Assembly (NCBI GenBank): GCA_025594325.1
Contig: JANHCV010000012.1
Span: 620,001-684,000 of the forward strand
DNA: 64,000 bases
Source of the DNA: Blastocladiella emersonii ATCC 22665
Lineage: Eukaryota; Fungi; Blastocladiomycota
Reading direction: 5' to 3'
Shown: positions 23,895 to 33,606 of the stretch, piece after piece
How the letters are laid out: each line of letters starts with the position of its first letter
Numbering within the stretch: position 1 is the stretch's first letter
Notes under the pieces: model-generated
The model's database searches: none
What the model saw: only the letters and a program-made list of their open reading frames with translations
What the model was told of the DNA's origin: nothing
Translations under genes and position numbers: made by a program

Positions 23895-25566
23895 ATGCAT
23901 CGCACCTCGCCCAACCAAGAGCCTCCTCGCTCGCCGCGGCAGCCGTCGCCAGCGCCCCCGCCGCTCACGGCCGCCGCCTCGCTCACCTCGGACACGGCGG
24001 GCAGACCCGCGACGCCTGTGACAGCCCCTTCTGCTGCTGCTGCTGCGTCGACGCTCACGCCAATGTCCGCGCCCGAGCAGCTGCTGCCGGCCCAACAGGT
24101 CCCCGCCGCTTCCAGCCCGGCGACTGCGGGCGCCACCAGCCCGAAGCGCAAGAAGCACAAGAAGAACCACCCGCCCCGCGACGCCGCCACGTCCCCCGGG
24201 CCGCCCGGCGCCCGCCCTGCGCCAGCAAAGTCGCCGGCGCGTACGCCAGCAAAGTCGCCGCCGCGTGTGCGCCCGAGCGGCCCCAAGAGTCCTACCCGGG
24301 CGAAAATCGCGCCTGTGCCGTGGTTGCTTCCCCCGCTCTTGCCCTCGCTTCCGCTTCCGCTGTCCGCGTTGCAGTTCCAGTTTCCGCCGCACGACCGATT
24401 CTCCTGCGCTGCGCGCCGCGACCTGACCTTCCTCGCCGTGCAACGCGCTTTGGCCCTCAACGGCGCTCCGGCCCACGTTCGCGATGTCAAGGAATCGACC
24501 GATCCCGACGTCGTCGCTGCCCTCGCTGCGGGCGACAAGGAGCTGGCCGACTTTCTGGTCCTCGCGTACGTGCCACTCCGCGGTTGAGCTCCACCACGGT
24601 TCGCGCACCGTTCTAACCCGGTGCTGCCACCCCCGCCGCTGTAGTCGCGACGCCGGCATCGACCCGACGCCACTCCTTCCTACTTTGAAGTGGTTCTCGA
24701 CCCCCGCCACCGGCGGCGTCTGCCCGCTTCGCTTCCCGCTCCAGAACACGAACCTGTCCCGCCTCGCCAAGCTGTACGCGGCTCGCGATCCACCGTCCAC
24801 GATCCGCATGTACATTGCCGACGACAAGTGGACCAAACCGACCGCCGCCGTGCTCATGAACCCGCTGAGGCCCGGCGCGCGCTGGGCGTACGACGCCATC
24901 GTCACGATGCGCAACCCCACCTTTGCGCGCGACCACGGGCTCGAGGTCTTTGATCCGGCCGCTGCCGCCGCCAGCACCGCGAGCGGTACGGCCGGGCGTC
25001 ACCGCGTCCGCTTCCAGCTCCTGCCGCCCGCCGTCGACCCGTGGCGCCCGATGCGCGTCAACGGCGGCGGGTTCGGCCTCTCAGCCGTGTACGCCGAGCA
25101 TGCCACGACGATCGCGTCGATGCAGGCGGCACAGGCCATCAAGCTCGGGCGCCCGTACCCGCACCCGCACCCGCAGCACCACCAGGGCCACGTGGGGTAC
25201 GCGCCGCGCGGCTTCGGCGGCAAGGCGTTCAACGAGCGCGGCGGGTACAAGAACACGGTCCAGATTCTGGCGGACTCGACGTCAACGTCGGCCTCGTCGG
25301 TCGCGAGTGCTGGCGGGCTCCAGTCGGCGTCGTCGTCCTCAAGCGCGGGCGCGGGCGCCAGCGCTGGCGAGGTCCAGCTGTCGCCGCCGTCGGCTCCCTC
25401 CACGCCACCGCCGTCCATCACGCTGATCATCACCTCGGACGTGATGGCAGGCGTGGAGAACGTGCTGCAGTTCATGCACGGCCGTGCGGACCAGGTGGTG
25501 CTGGCGACCGAGTGGGATAGCGAGTTTGCCGTGTGGGACGCGTTCTTCCGCACCGCGTGGCCGTGA
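23895..25566 (+). CDS. Hypothetical protein with Pro/Ala-rich N-terminus (intron 24566-24644)
   Basis: ATG at 23895. A GTACGT...CTAAC...TGTAG phase-2 intron joins ORF 23844 to ORF 24484 in frame. Basic patch KRKKHKK. Confidence 0.7.
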
Positions 25567-25926
25567 TGCTCAATGAATAATCGATTTCTAGTCGCTCTGA
25601 TTGACCGGGTGCGGCAATAAGATCATTTCACAATGTGTCTCACCCGCCTGGTCCCGCGGGAGCGAGCGGCGAGAGAGGAAGGCTGCGGCGACGTGGTCGA
25701 CGACGTGTCCGGGTTGTTTGCACACGATCGTGTGCCGCGGAGAAGCGGGCCAGCTGGCCACGGCGACCAGTCGCGGCCTCGCGAGCAGGACCTGGGGCTC
25801 GGTTCGACTATTATGTATTGCGCGCGCTCCTCGACGGTCAATCAATCATCGTACACACAAAACTACTTCCGAGCGGCCTGCCGCCGGTCAGCGACTGCTG
25901 CAGCTGCACCCGAGCACTTCGCTCGT

Positions 25927-26360
25927 TCACTCGGCGGCCGTGGTAGCGCCCGTCAGCTCGGCCAGCGACACCCGGGTCGACTCGTGCGGCGCTGCGACGA
26001 CGGGCTTCATGCGGTCCTCGTAGTCCTGGTAGAAGACGAGCCCCTTGAACTCGTGCCGCGGGTTCGGCGAGGAAGCGGCGACCGCCTGCGGGCCCGGCGT
26101 GGCGGCAGCGGCGGCGGTGGCGGTCGGGAGCGGCGCGCAGGCCTGCAGGCCGTAGAACTCGCGGATCCAGAGCACGTCCGACACCTCGTCGCGCAGCCCA
26201 ACCTGGCTGAACGCGACCGGCTCCTCGTCGTCGATGACGTGGGCGCCGCCGCAGCCGATATCCGACAGCACATGGGCGCGCCGCCACTCGAGACGAAGCG
26301 GGAAGTCGGCACGCGCGTCGGCGAACGCGCCGAGCTCGACGACCTTGCCCTTGAGCAGGG
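25927..26360 (-). pseudogene. 5'-truncated paralog of the 17874 gene
   Basis: VELGAFADARADFPLRLEWRRAHVLSDIGCGGAHVIDDEEP...IREFYGLQ. An in-frame TGA lies just upstream and the N-terminal ~70 codons are missing. Confidence 0.7.
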
Positions 26361-26446
26361 TTCAGGGACCATGCGAGGAAGCAACAAGGCGGAGGGATCG
26401 TCGCCGAAGGCTGCCGGCGAACGCGCGTTGAGGACGCGCCGCACGT

Positions 26447-29169
26447 GGCGTCCGCGATCAGGTGATTTCGCGACGCGTCTCGCACCCGTGTCTCGCACCC
26501 ACGCGCCCACGTCAACGACGCGTTTCGCTGGAATAAGTACTCGCAAACTCTCCAGAAAAGGCGCCTGAGAAAATGTAACAATCGGTGCAACGAAATTCGC
26601 GATCCAGCAAGAGTGGCAAAAGGTGTCTGCTGCGCTGTCGTGTAATCGTCGGCGCCAGCCCAGGGCGTAGTCTAACCGGTGGGAGTGTCGAACACTGGAC
26701 TTCGACCCCTTACACGCACAAGGTTGGCTTACCACTCGAGCAGCTCGGACCACGTTGCAGACACCCTCCATGCTCTCGGCCACGCCCATGGCCTCACGGC
26801 CGGCGTTGCCGTAGTACGCTGTTTCCCTCCCCTCCCACTAATCCCACGTCTTGCTTTGTCGTCCAGGCTTCCTGAAGCTGAGTGCACGAGCTCGGGCGGT
26901 CGCATTCAGGTCGCGTCGCCACCACTTGACGACTCTGCAGTTGGCTGCCATCACTGAGTGCCGGGTTGCGGGGCGTGCTCCCGGTCTAGACTGGCCCGAC
27001 GTCGTCCAAGTTGCCCTCGATGATTAATGCGTCGTGGCTCGAGACAACGTCCAAGGTGGTCATCGGGTTATTTCGGTTGCTTTTAAAATTTTGAACAGCT
27101 CGTACGGCAGCGCACGAGACACACCCCGCGCGAGGTCCCGTTTCTGGCCGCGACCACGATGACGTTACGCATCCCGTTGGACCGGGCGAGCGACGTGGCA
27201 CACACGACCAGTTGATGAGAAGCACCGTGGGATGGAACACGGCGCTGGTGGTGACTGGTCCACTTGATTCCCGAGTCAGCTGCATGGGTTAAAGAGCGCT
27301 AACGTCCGCGGCGGATTACGTCCGCATTTCGTTGGTGAGTGTGTTTGTGCATCACGCGTGGTCTCGTCGCGGGTTGCGATCAGCAGAGTGGGCGCGAACG
27401 TAGATTGGCCAGTGTCCGCGATCAGCTGATTTCAGAACGCGTCTCGCATCCGTGTCTCGCACCCACGCCTCGCACCTCCGTTGGCGACGCGTTTTGCTGG
27501 AGATTGTTATCGTCAAACCCTCACAAAAACTGCCGGCGGAGTCGGACCAGTCGGTGCAACGCAATGCACGAGCCGGCGAAAGTGGCAAAAGGATGTCCGC
27601 TAAATTGTCGTGATGTCGTCGTCGCAGTTATCATCCGGGGCTTAGGCAACCGGTGGAGGGTGTATTGAACTTTGCACCCATCCACACTCAAAGAACGTCT
27701 ACCTCGCGGCAGCTCTGACCACGTTACAGACACTACCCGTTCTCTCGGCCACGATTTTTACCTTGCGACCGACGTGGCCGTCACACACCGTCTATCCCCG
27801 CCCCTGCATTGGAAACGGCATACGTTGTCGTCCAGGTTTCTTGCTCGAGACAAAATCCATGGCGGTCATCCGCTCGGGTCGGCCGTATCAAAGCTCATGA
27901 GCGTTCCTCAAAGTAGCGCGGCGAAGCGCGTCACGAGCGATCACCCAGTTGAGCTTTTCCGGAGGCCCGCCACGCGATAATTAACTGCAAGTGCATTCGA
28001 CTGCGCCACTTGCCACCTGCCAGTTCCGTCCCATCAGCTCACCCGCAAGCGAGAACCCGACCCACGAAATGCAATCGTTCTTGCTCTATGGCATTCAACG
28101 TCTCGATTTCCCATTTGAGCCGCCCCGAAAGGTCCACCACACGGCTCAAACTCAAGCTGCATATTGGCTTCCCAAATTTGTTCAGAGTTGGGCGTGGAGC
28201 ACGCAGGAAAGTGCCCGGCGAGGACTTGGTCTGAAACTCGAGCGCGTGCGCGCGTGCTGCGCCACCGCTCGCTCCCGGGCACCGGATCCAGTGAACTCCA
28301 GGTTGACTTAATTCGCGTCGCGAGGAGCAGTCCCAACGTCGCCAAATCGAGACCGTTTGATGCAGCCGCTGCGGCTCACAGTTGCTTGCTCGGGCTTGCG
28401 TCGCATTGATCATGCCAGCCTTTGCCGCCGCGACGCGCCGAACACGTTCAAGCGCAACCGAAGCCAACTCGAGGTGGGCGGGAGCGCGAGACTATAAAGA
28501 CCGGCCGGCTCCCCCGCCCTCCATCCAGATAATCCTCACCAGTCAGCCTTCCGCCCGACACCCAAGCTCTTATTCCACCAACCATGAACGCCGCCGCTCT
28601 CGTTGTCCTCGTCCTGGCCCTTGTCGCCATGGTCTCGGCCATCCCGCCCCCGATCTTCGACGCGCCGTTCCCCGTCCCGGCCACGTACCAGGTGACCAAC
28701 ACGCACAAGGCCACGTTCGAGGCCACCGGCAAGCTCACCGTCATGTCGACCCTGCCCTGCAACCCCATGCCGTGCGTCGCCGTTCGCGGCCACGGCGAGT
28801 GGTCGTACGACCCCAAGACCGACGGCCTGACAGTCAGCTACTGGATGAACCCGTCGTGGACCATCTCGCAGACCTGGTCGTGCCCGTCCAAGTCCAAGGA
28901 CATGAACGTGTCGGTGCTCGGCGGGTGCAAGCTCGTCAGCGCCTCGGGCGCCCAGTCGGACGTGGCCCCGATCCCCACCAAGTCCAAGACCTGGGTCCGC
29001 CAGTAATTACGTGGCTTCGTGGCCGACTTCTAAGAGTGTGATTGCCGTTTTGAGTGTGTTCTTGTGTGATTGTTAGTGTGTGTGCAACTCGAGTGTACCG
29101 ACCCGCGACGACTTAGCAGAGGAGTGTGAGGAGGAGTGGATGTTCAAACAAAATACAGCCCTGCTTCTT
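26447..29169. repeat. Right arm (2,723 bp) of the large inverted repeat
   Basis: Reverse complement of 14899-17621. Confidence 0.95.
28584..29006 (+). CDS. Small secreted protein, 140 aa (copy 2, identical translation)
   Basis: Mirror of 15062-15484. TATAAA at 28493-28498 and a GT-rich 3' UTR. Confidence 0.85.
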   Translation: MNAAALVVLVLALVAMVSAIPPPIFDAPFPVPATYQVTNTHKATFEATGKLTVMSTLPCNPMPCVAVRGHGEWSYDPKTDGLTVSYWMNPSWTISQTWSCPSKSKDMNVSVLGGCKLVSASGAQSDVAPIPTKSKTWVRQ

Positions 29170-29536
29170 GAGCCATCGATGCACAAATCTTGTGAGATGA
29201 AATTCCTCGGGGCGTGCAGGTCTTTAACGGAACCCGACTTTGATAGAGGACTGGATAATGGCGCTCAAGAAGCGGTGCCCGTCCTGCGCGGTAAGCTGGG
29301 TCACAAACCTGCGTAGGGACCTTCTCGGCGTCGATTTGTACTCCTATGAGGCAAATCACACCCCTTCGTCCTGATCGACCGAAGCGAGAAGGACCGCGAC
29401 AACGCGCGTCTCGAGGACGCGACGAGAAATCATGTGACGGTTCACGTCACATGGCGTCACTCGCGGCTTGCTCTTCCCCTCTCAAACCTGTTGTGGCATT
29501 CTGGTCGGCCGCTCTCCATCGACGACCGCTCTCACC

Positions 29537-29865
29537 ATGGCAAAGAAGGCTAAGGCTCGGTAATGACTCCATGCAACGCAACCGCCATGATATCAAGCAC
29601 CGCGTGAAGCTGATGCGAGGGCACTCGATCGCACCCGCCCGCGTAGCACTCTGATCGTCCGGCTGCTGTCGAGCGCCGGCACCGGTTTCTTCTACACGAC
29701 GACGCGCGCGCGCCTGACGTCCAAGCTGGCGCTGCGCAAGTACGACCCCGTCGGTACGTTGCTTCGCCGTCCGTTGCTGTGAGCGATTCGCGAAGGCTGA
29801 CTATCGGGGGACGCTGTGTGGCAGTCAAGCAGCATGTGCTCTTCGCCGAGACCAAGCAGAAGTAA
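29537..29865 (+). CDS. MRPL39: Mitochondrial ribosomal protein bL33m (exons 29537-29559, 29647-29753, 29825-29865)
   Basis: Spliced product [56 protein letters not shown] contains the L33 motifs LxSxAGTGxFY and KYDP. Confidence 0.95.
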
Positions 29866-30009
29866 GGTCTCCCTCGCCTGATTCTGCGCTGTACACACAC
29901 ACATGGATTTCCGTTATATAGTTGATCTCTGTTACTACTCTGCGCGCGCGCCAGCGCCACACACAAAACTGGTCCCTGCTCACTACCGAGCAGCCGCCGC
30001 ACCGCACGC

Positions 30010-31116
30010 TTACGACGTCCACGAGCCCGTGCCGAGGGCGTGGTGCAGGATGGCCATGATAGTCCACTTACGGTTCTCGGCCTGCTGGAAGACGAGCGAG
30101 TCGCGGCCGTAGAAGACGTCGTCGTCGACCTCGTCGGCCTTGCGGGGCAGGCAGTGCATGAACTTGGCGCCGTGCTTGACGCCGCCCTTGTGCAGCAGGT
30201 CGCGGGTGACGCGGAACCCAGCAAACGCCTTGCGACGCGACGCGGCCTCGGCCTCCTGGCCCATGCTGACCCAGCAGTCCGTGTGCACGAAATCGGCCGC
30301 GTGCAGGGCGTCGACCGGGTTGGTGGTGACGAGCGGGCCGCGGATCTGCGCCGTGACGACCGACGGCTTGGGCGAGTAGCCGGGTGGCGTCGCGATCGAC
30401 ATGTTCATGCCGAGCTTGGAGGTCGCGATCAGCAGCGAGTGGCACACGTTGTTCCCGTCACCGACCCACGTCACCTTCTTGCCCTGCAGGAGCGCCGGGT
30501 CGAACTCGGTCGGGACCGCGGCGCCGACGGCGGGCGCGTCGTGCTCGGCGGCCCACACGGCCTCGTACATGGTCAGGACGTCGGCGAACGCCTGGGTCGG
30601 GTGGTAGTCGTCGGACAGCGCGTTGATGATCGGGACCGACGCGTGGGTGCGCAGCGCCATGAGGTCGGCGTGCGCGTTGACGCGCGCGAACACGCCATCG
30701 ACGAGCCCCGACAGCACCGCGGCGGTATCGCGCACGCTCTCGTTGACGCCCATCTGGATGTCGCCGGGCGCCAGGAAGATGGCGTTGCCGCCGAGCAGGT
30801 TCATGGCGGTCTCGGCGGCGACGCGCGTGCGCGTGCTCCGCTTGCTGAACACGACGGCCAGCTGCTTGCCGCGCAGCGACGGGTCCGGAAGCACGCCCGA
30901 CTTGACCTGCCGCTTGAACTTGACCGCCGTCGACAGGATCCCGCACACGTCGTCGCGCGCCAGGTCCTGGATCGTCAGCAGGTGCTGCGGCCCGCGCGGC
31001 AGGCCCGTCGACCAGAGGCGGGACTGCGAGGCGACGGCGGAGGTGCGCAGCGCCGCGTGCATGGTGGTGGCGGTGCCGCGGACGAGCGTGAAGGTCGCGA
31101 GTAGAGTCGATGCCAT
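30010..31116 (-). CDS. ARG3: Ornithine carbamoyltransferase with mitochondrial-type presequence
   Basis: FSKRSTRTR, HPTQ, GDGNNV, SMGQE and HCLP motifs. Confidence 0.97.
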   Translation of the reverse strand: MASTLLATFTLVRGTATTMHAALRTSAVASQSRLWSTGLPRGPQHLLTIQDLARDDVCGILSTAVKFKRQVKSGVLPDPSLRGKQLAVVFSKRSTRTRVAAETAMNLLGGNAIFLAPGDIQMGVNESVRDTAAVLSGLVDGVFARVNAHADLMALRTHASVPIINALSDDYHPTQAFADVLTMYEAVWAAEHDAPAVGAAVPTEFDPALLQGKKVTWVGDGNNVCHSLLIATSKLGMNMSIATPPGYSPKPSVVTAQIRGPLVTTNPVDALHAADFVHTDCWVSMGQEAEAASRRKAFAGFRVTRDLLHKGGVKHGAKFMHCLPRKADEVDDDVFYGRDSLVFQQAENRKWTIMAILHHALGTGSWTS

Positions 31117-31529
31117 GGTGGTTCGTTGTTTACTTCGTTGCGTGGAGAGCGAGGACCGGATGGTGCGCGGGCCGCGCTATTTGTAGGCAGGGCTGGAGGT
31201 CGCCGCCAAAGTCCCGCGCGCCGCTCTCCTCACGTCCATCGCTCGCTCGCGGCGGCGACCTCAACAACGACGTCACGCACACGCTGCTGCCCGCGCCACC
31301 AGGCCCAAAATTCAACGGTGGCCCGTTGCCTTCTGTGCATCGCCGGCTTGTCGTGCATGAACGCGGCGGGCGCGGCGCGGAGCGATCCGGGAAGCCTGCG
31401 AAGCGAAGGGCGACGCGTTTTCCCGCGCCAGTCACGGCCCACGTGTGCTGATCGGACGGACGCCGCTGATTGGTCGAGATAACGCGAGATTACGGCCGAT
31501 CTCAGCGGCGCGTCGCGCTGCCTCCCGTG

Positions 31530-32950
31530 CCACCCCTGCCCGTGCGCGCGGCTCGGCCCTGGCAAATGAAATCGGAGCCACGGCGACGTCGGCCACCAAA
31601 TCGATGCGGCAAAAGTACGCGGTCTGGCCGACCAGGCACATCGCGAGCCCGCCCGCGAGCCCGTACCACATGGCGGGCAGCCCGAGCTTGGCCACGAACG
31701 TGAGGACGACGCCGAGTGGGATCCCGACCACGTAGTACGCCGCGAGGCTGAACCCGGCCGCGACCCGGTGCTTGCCGCACCCGTACAGTGTCACGTTGTG
31801 AATCTTCGTGGCGAACACAGCAAGTTCGGCCACGGCAGCACGCCGGCGACCTGCTCGAAGACGTTCGGGTCGCTCGTGAACGCGCGCGAGATCTCCCGCT
31901 GTAAAGCAACGGTGAGCGTATCTCCCGCTGTAAAGCAACGGTGAGCGCGGCCGTGGCCAGCGGTGCGCCCAGGCCGAGCGCGACGGCTACGGACTTGACG
32001 TGGCTCGCGCCCGCCGCGTTCCTGGTTGCCGACGCGGGCTACCGTCACGGCGCAGATCCCGACGGGGACCATGATCACCAGGGTGACGAAATTGACGACG
32101 ACGGCTTGCGCCGTGAGCACGAACGCGAGCGGGCCGAGCGTGACCATCCCCGGGAGGCCGAGCTTGACGTACGCGGTCCAGCCGTGCAGAGCCGCGCGCG
32201 ACCACGGCGCCCAGCACTGGTGCCCGTCGACGCGCCAGATGCACAGCGCCGTGTGCGCGAGGATGATCCGTTCGGCCGCAGCACTCGCGGCCGCGGTCCC
32301 CAAATACCCGAGTCTGAGCGGCAGCGTGTCGGCGTGCGTCAGGGAGTAGGTACCCGAGCCGGGCAGCGCGGGGAGCGAGACGGGGAACGGACTGGACCCG
32401 CGTGATGCCCTGCGCACCACGAGGAACTTGTACGCGCAGTTGGACGCGAGCGCCGCGGGAATCCCGAATCACAGCACGTGGATGTACTTTCCCGCGAGCT
32501 GCGCGAGGTCACGGCATGCAAAGGCAGAGGGTCGGGGCGTGAGACACTCCTGTCTCGCGTCAGTCACGTGTGGCGTTCGCCGACGCGTCAGCGGGTCCTG
32601 CTTGTGGGGCGCGTCTCCCACACTCCCCAAACCCGGAGCCGCAATCGGAGGCAAAGTGCCGAATCGGGACCCTCGACTCTCCAGCCTCGTTCATTTACGC
32701 GTTGGCCGACTGCTGACGGCGGACGTCGACGGAGCAGCAGCAGCGACCCCAGCGGCGGCAGTTTGCCCAGGAACACGCGTCCTCTCCACGATGAGCTGGC
32801 GCTGACTCGTTCGGTGCACGCCACGCGCACGCGAGAGACTCTGTGCCCCCGTTGCCTTCTCGAGCAAGACTGCTTGACACGAGAACGGGTACGTTTGCTC
32901 TCGCCGCGACGCGTCCTCGCTCTCCCCCTCCCCACCCGCGCGTCGATCCA
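31530..32950 (-). pseudogene. MATE (MatE) efflux transporter, disrupted
   Basis: Fragments VFLGKL, LAQLAGKYIHVL*FGIP, LGYLGTAAA, WTAYVKLGLP, VARVGN and YYVVGIPLG...GLPAMWYGL. It carries stops, frameshifts and a ~29-bp tandem duplication at about 31890-31948. Confidence 0.75.
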
Positions 32951-33606
32951 TCACCGCCCACTGCAATGCATCATGTCGCGCCACGGCCCGTGCACGGCGT
33001 CGGGCTGTTGTCGACAGAGCCGAGGGAGCCGAGCCACGCCTTGGAGAAGATCCAAAGTGGGGCCGCCCCGCGCGCCGCGCCGCCGCCGCCTCCCGCGTGA
33101 GTGGCTGAAAGCGTTGCGGCAGGCTGGCATCACCGCGGCGCCGAGAGCGCGGCGCCACCTTCGCTGTGCGGGTTCATCTTCTCGGCCGCCCTTCTCCTCT
33201 CTCTCAGCTCGTCTCGTCCGCAGCGCGCGTGCGGTCGGTCCCTTGCAGCTCCGTCACCTGGCAACTCTCTCTCCCTCATAGACGCCATCAGGCCTATACC
33301 TCTCTCGCACCCGCACTCACGACCGACGACCCGGTCCTCGCTCGCTCAAGGCGCCGCCACGCTCTACTCGTTCGCGTCGCACCGCGCGATACCCCGGCGA
33401 CCTCCACGACCTCTCGGCCGGGCCGCGCAGTCCGTCTCCGGCCGCGTGCCTTCGCCACCACTTGCCTCGTTCGCTCGCGCGCGCCCAACCCGCAGCAGCT
33501 GCAGCGTCCTGCCTGTCTGCCTGCCTCGCCACCCTCCATCATCCTCGCTGCCCTCTCTCTCTCCTCGCCTGGAGCTGAGCCGCACTCTCCCCCTCCACCA
33601 CCCACC

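Noticed and set aside
14899-29169. Autonomous TIR transposon or Starship with 2.7-kb terminal repeats
   Set aside because: No transposase or DUF3435-type recombinase in the spacer, no TSD, and the arm ends fade into diverged homology instead of ending sharply.
29537-31116. Bacterial origin or contamination suggested by L33, OTC and RRF
   Set aside because: L33 has two spliceosomal introns, OTC and RRF have mitochondrial-type presequences, and the neighbours are eukaryotic.
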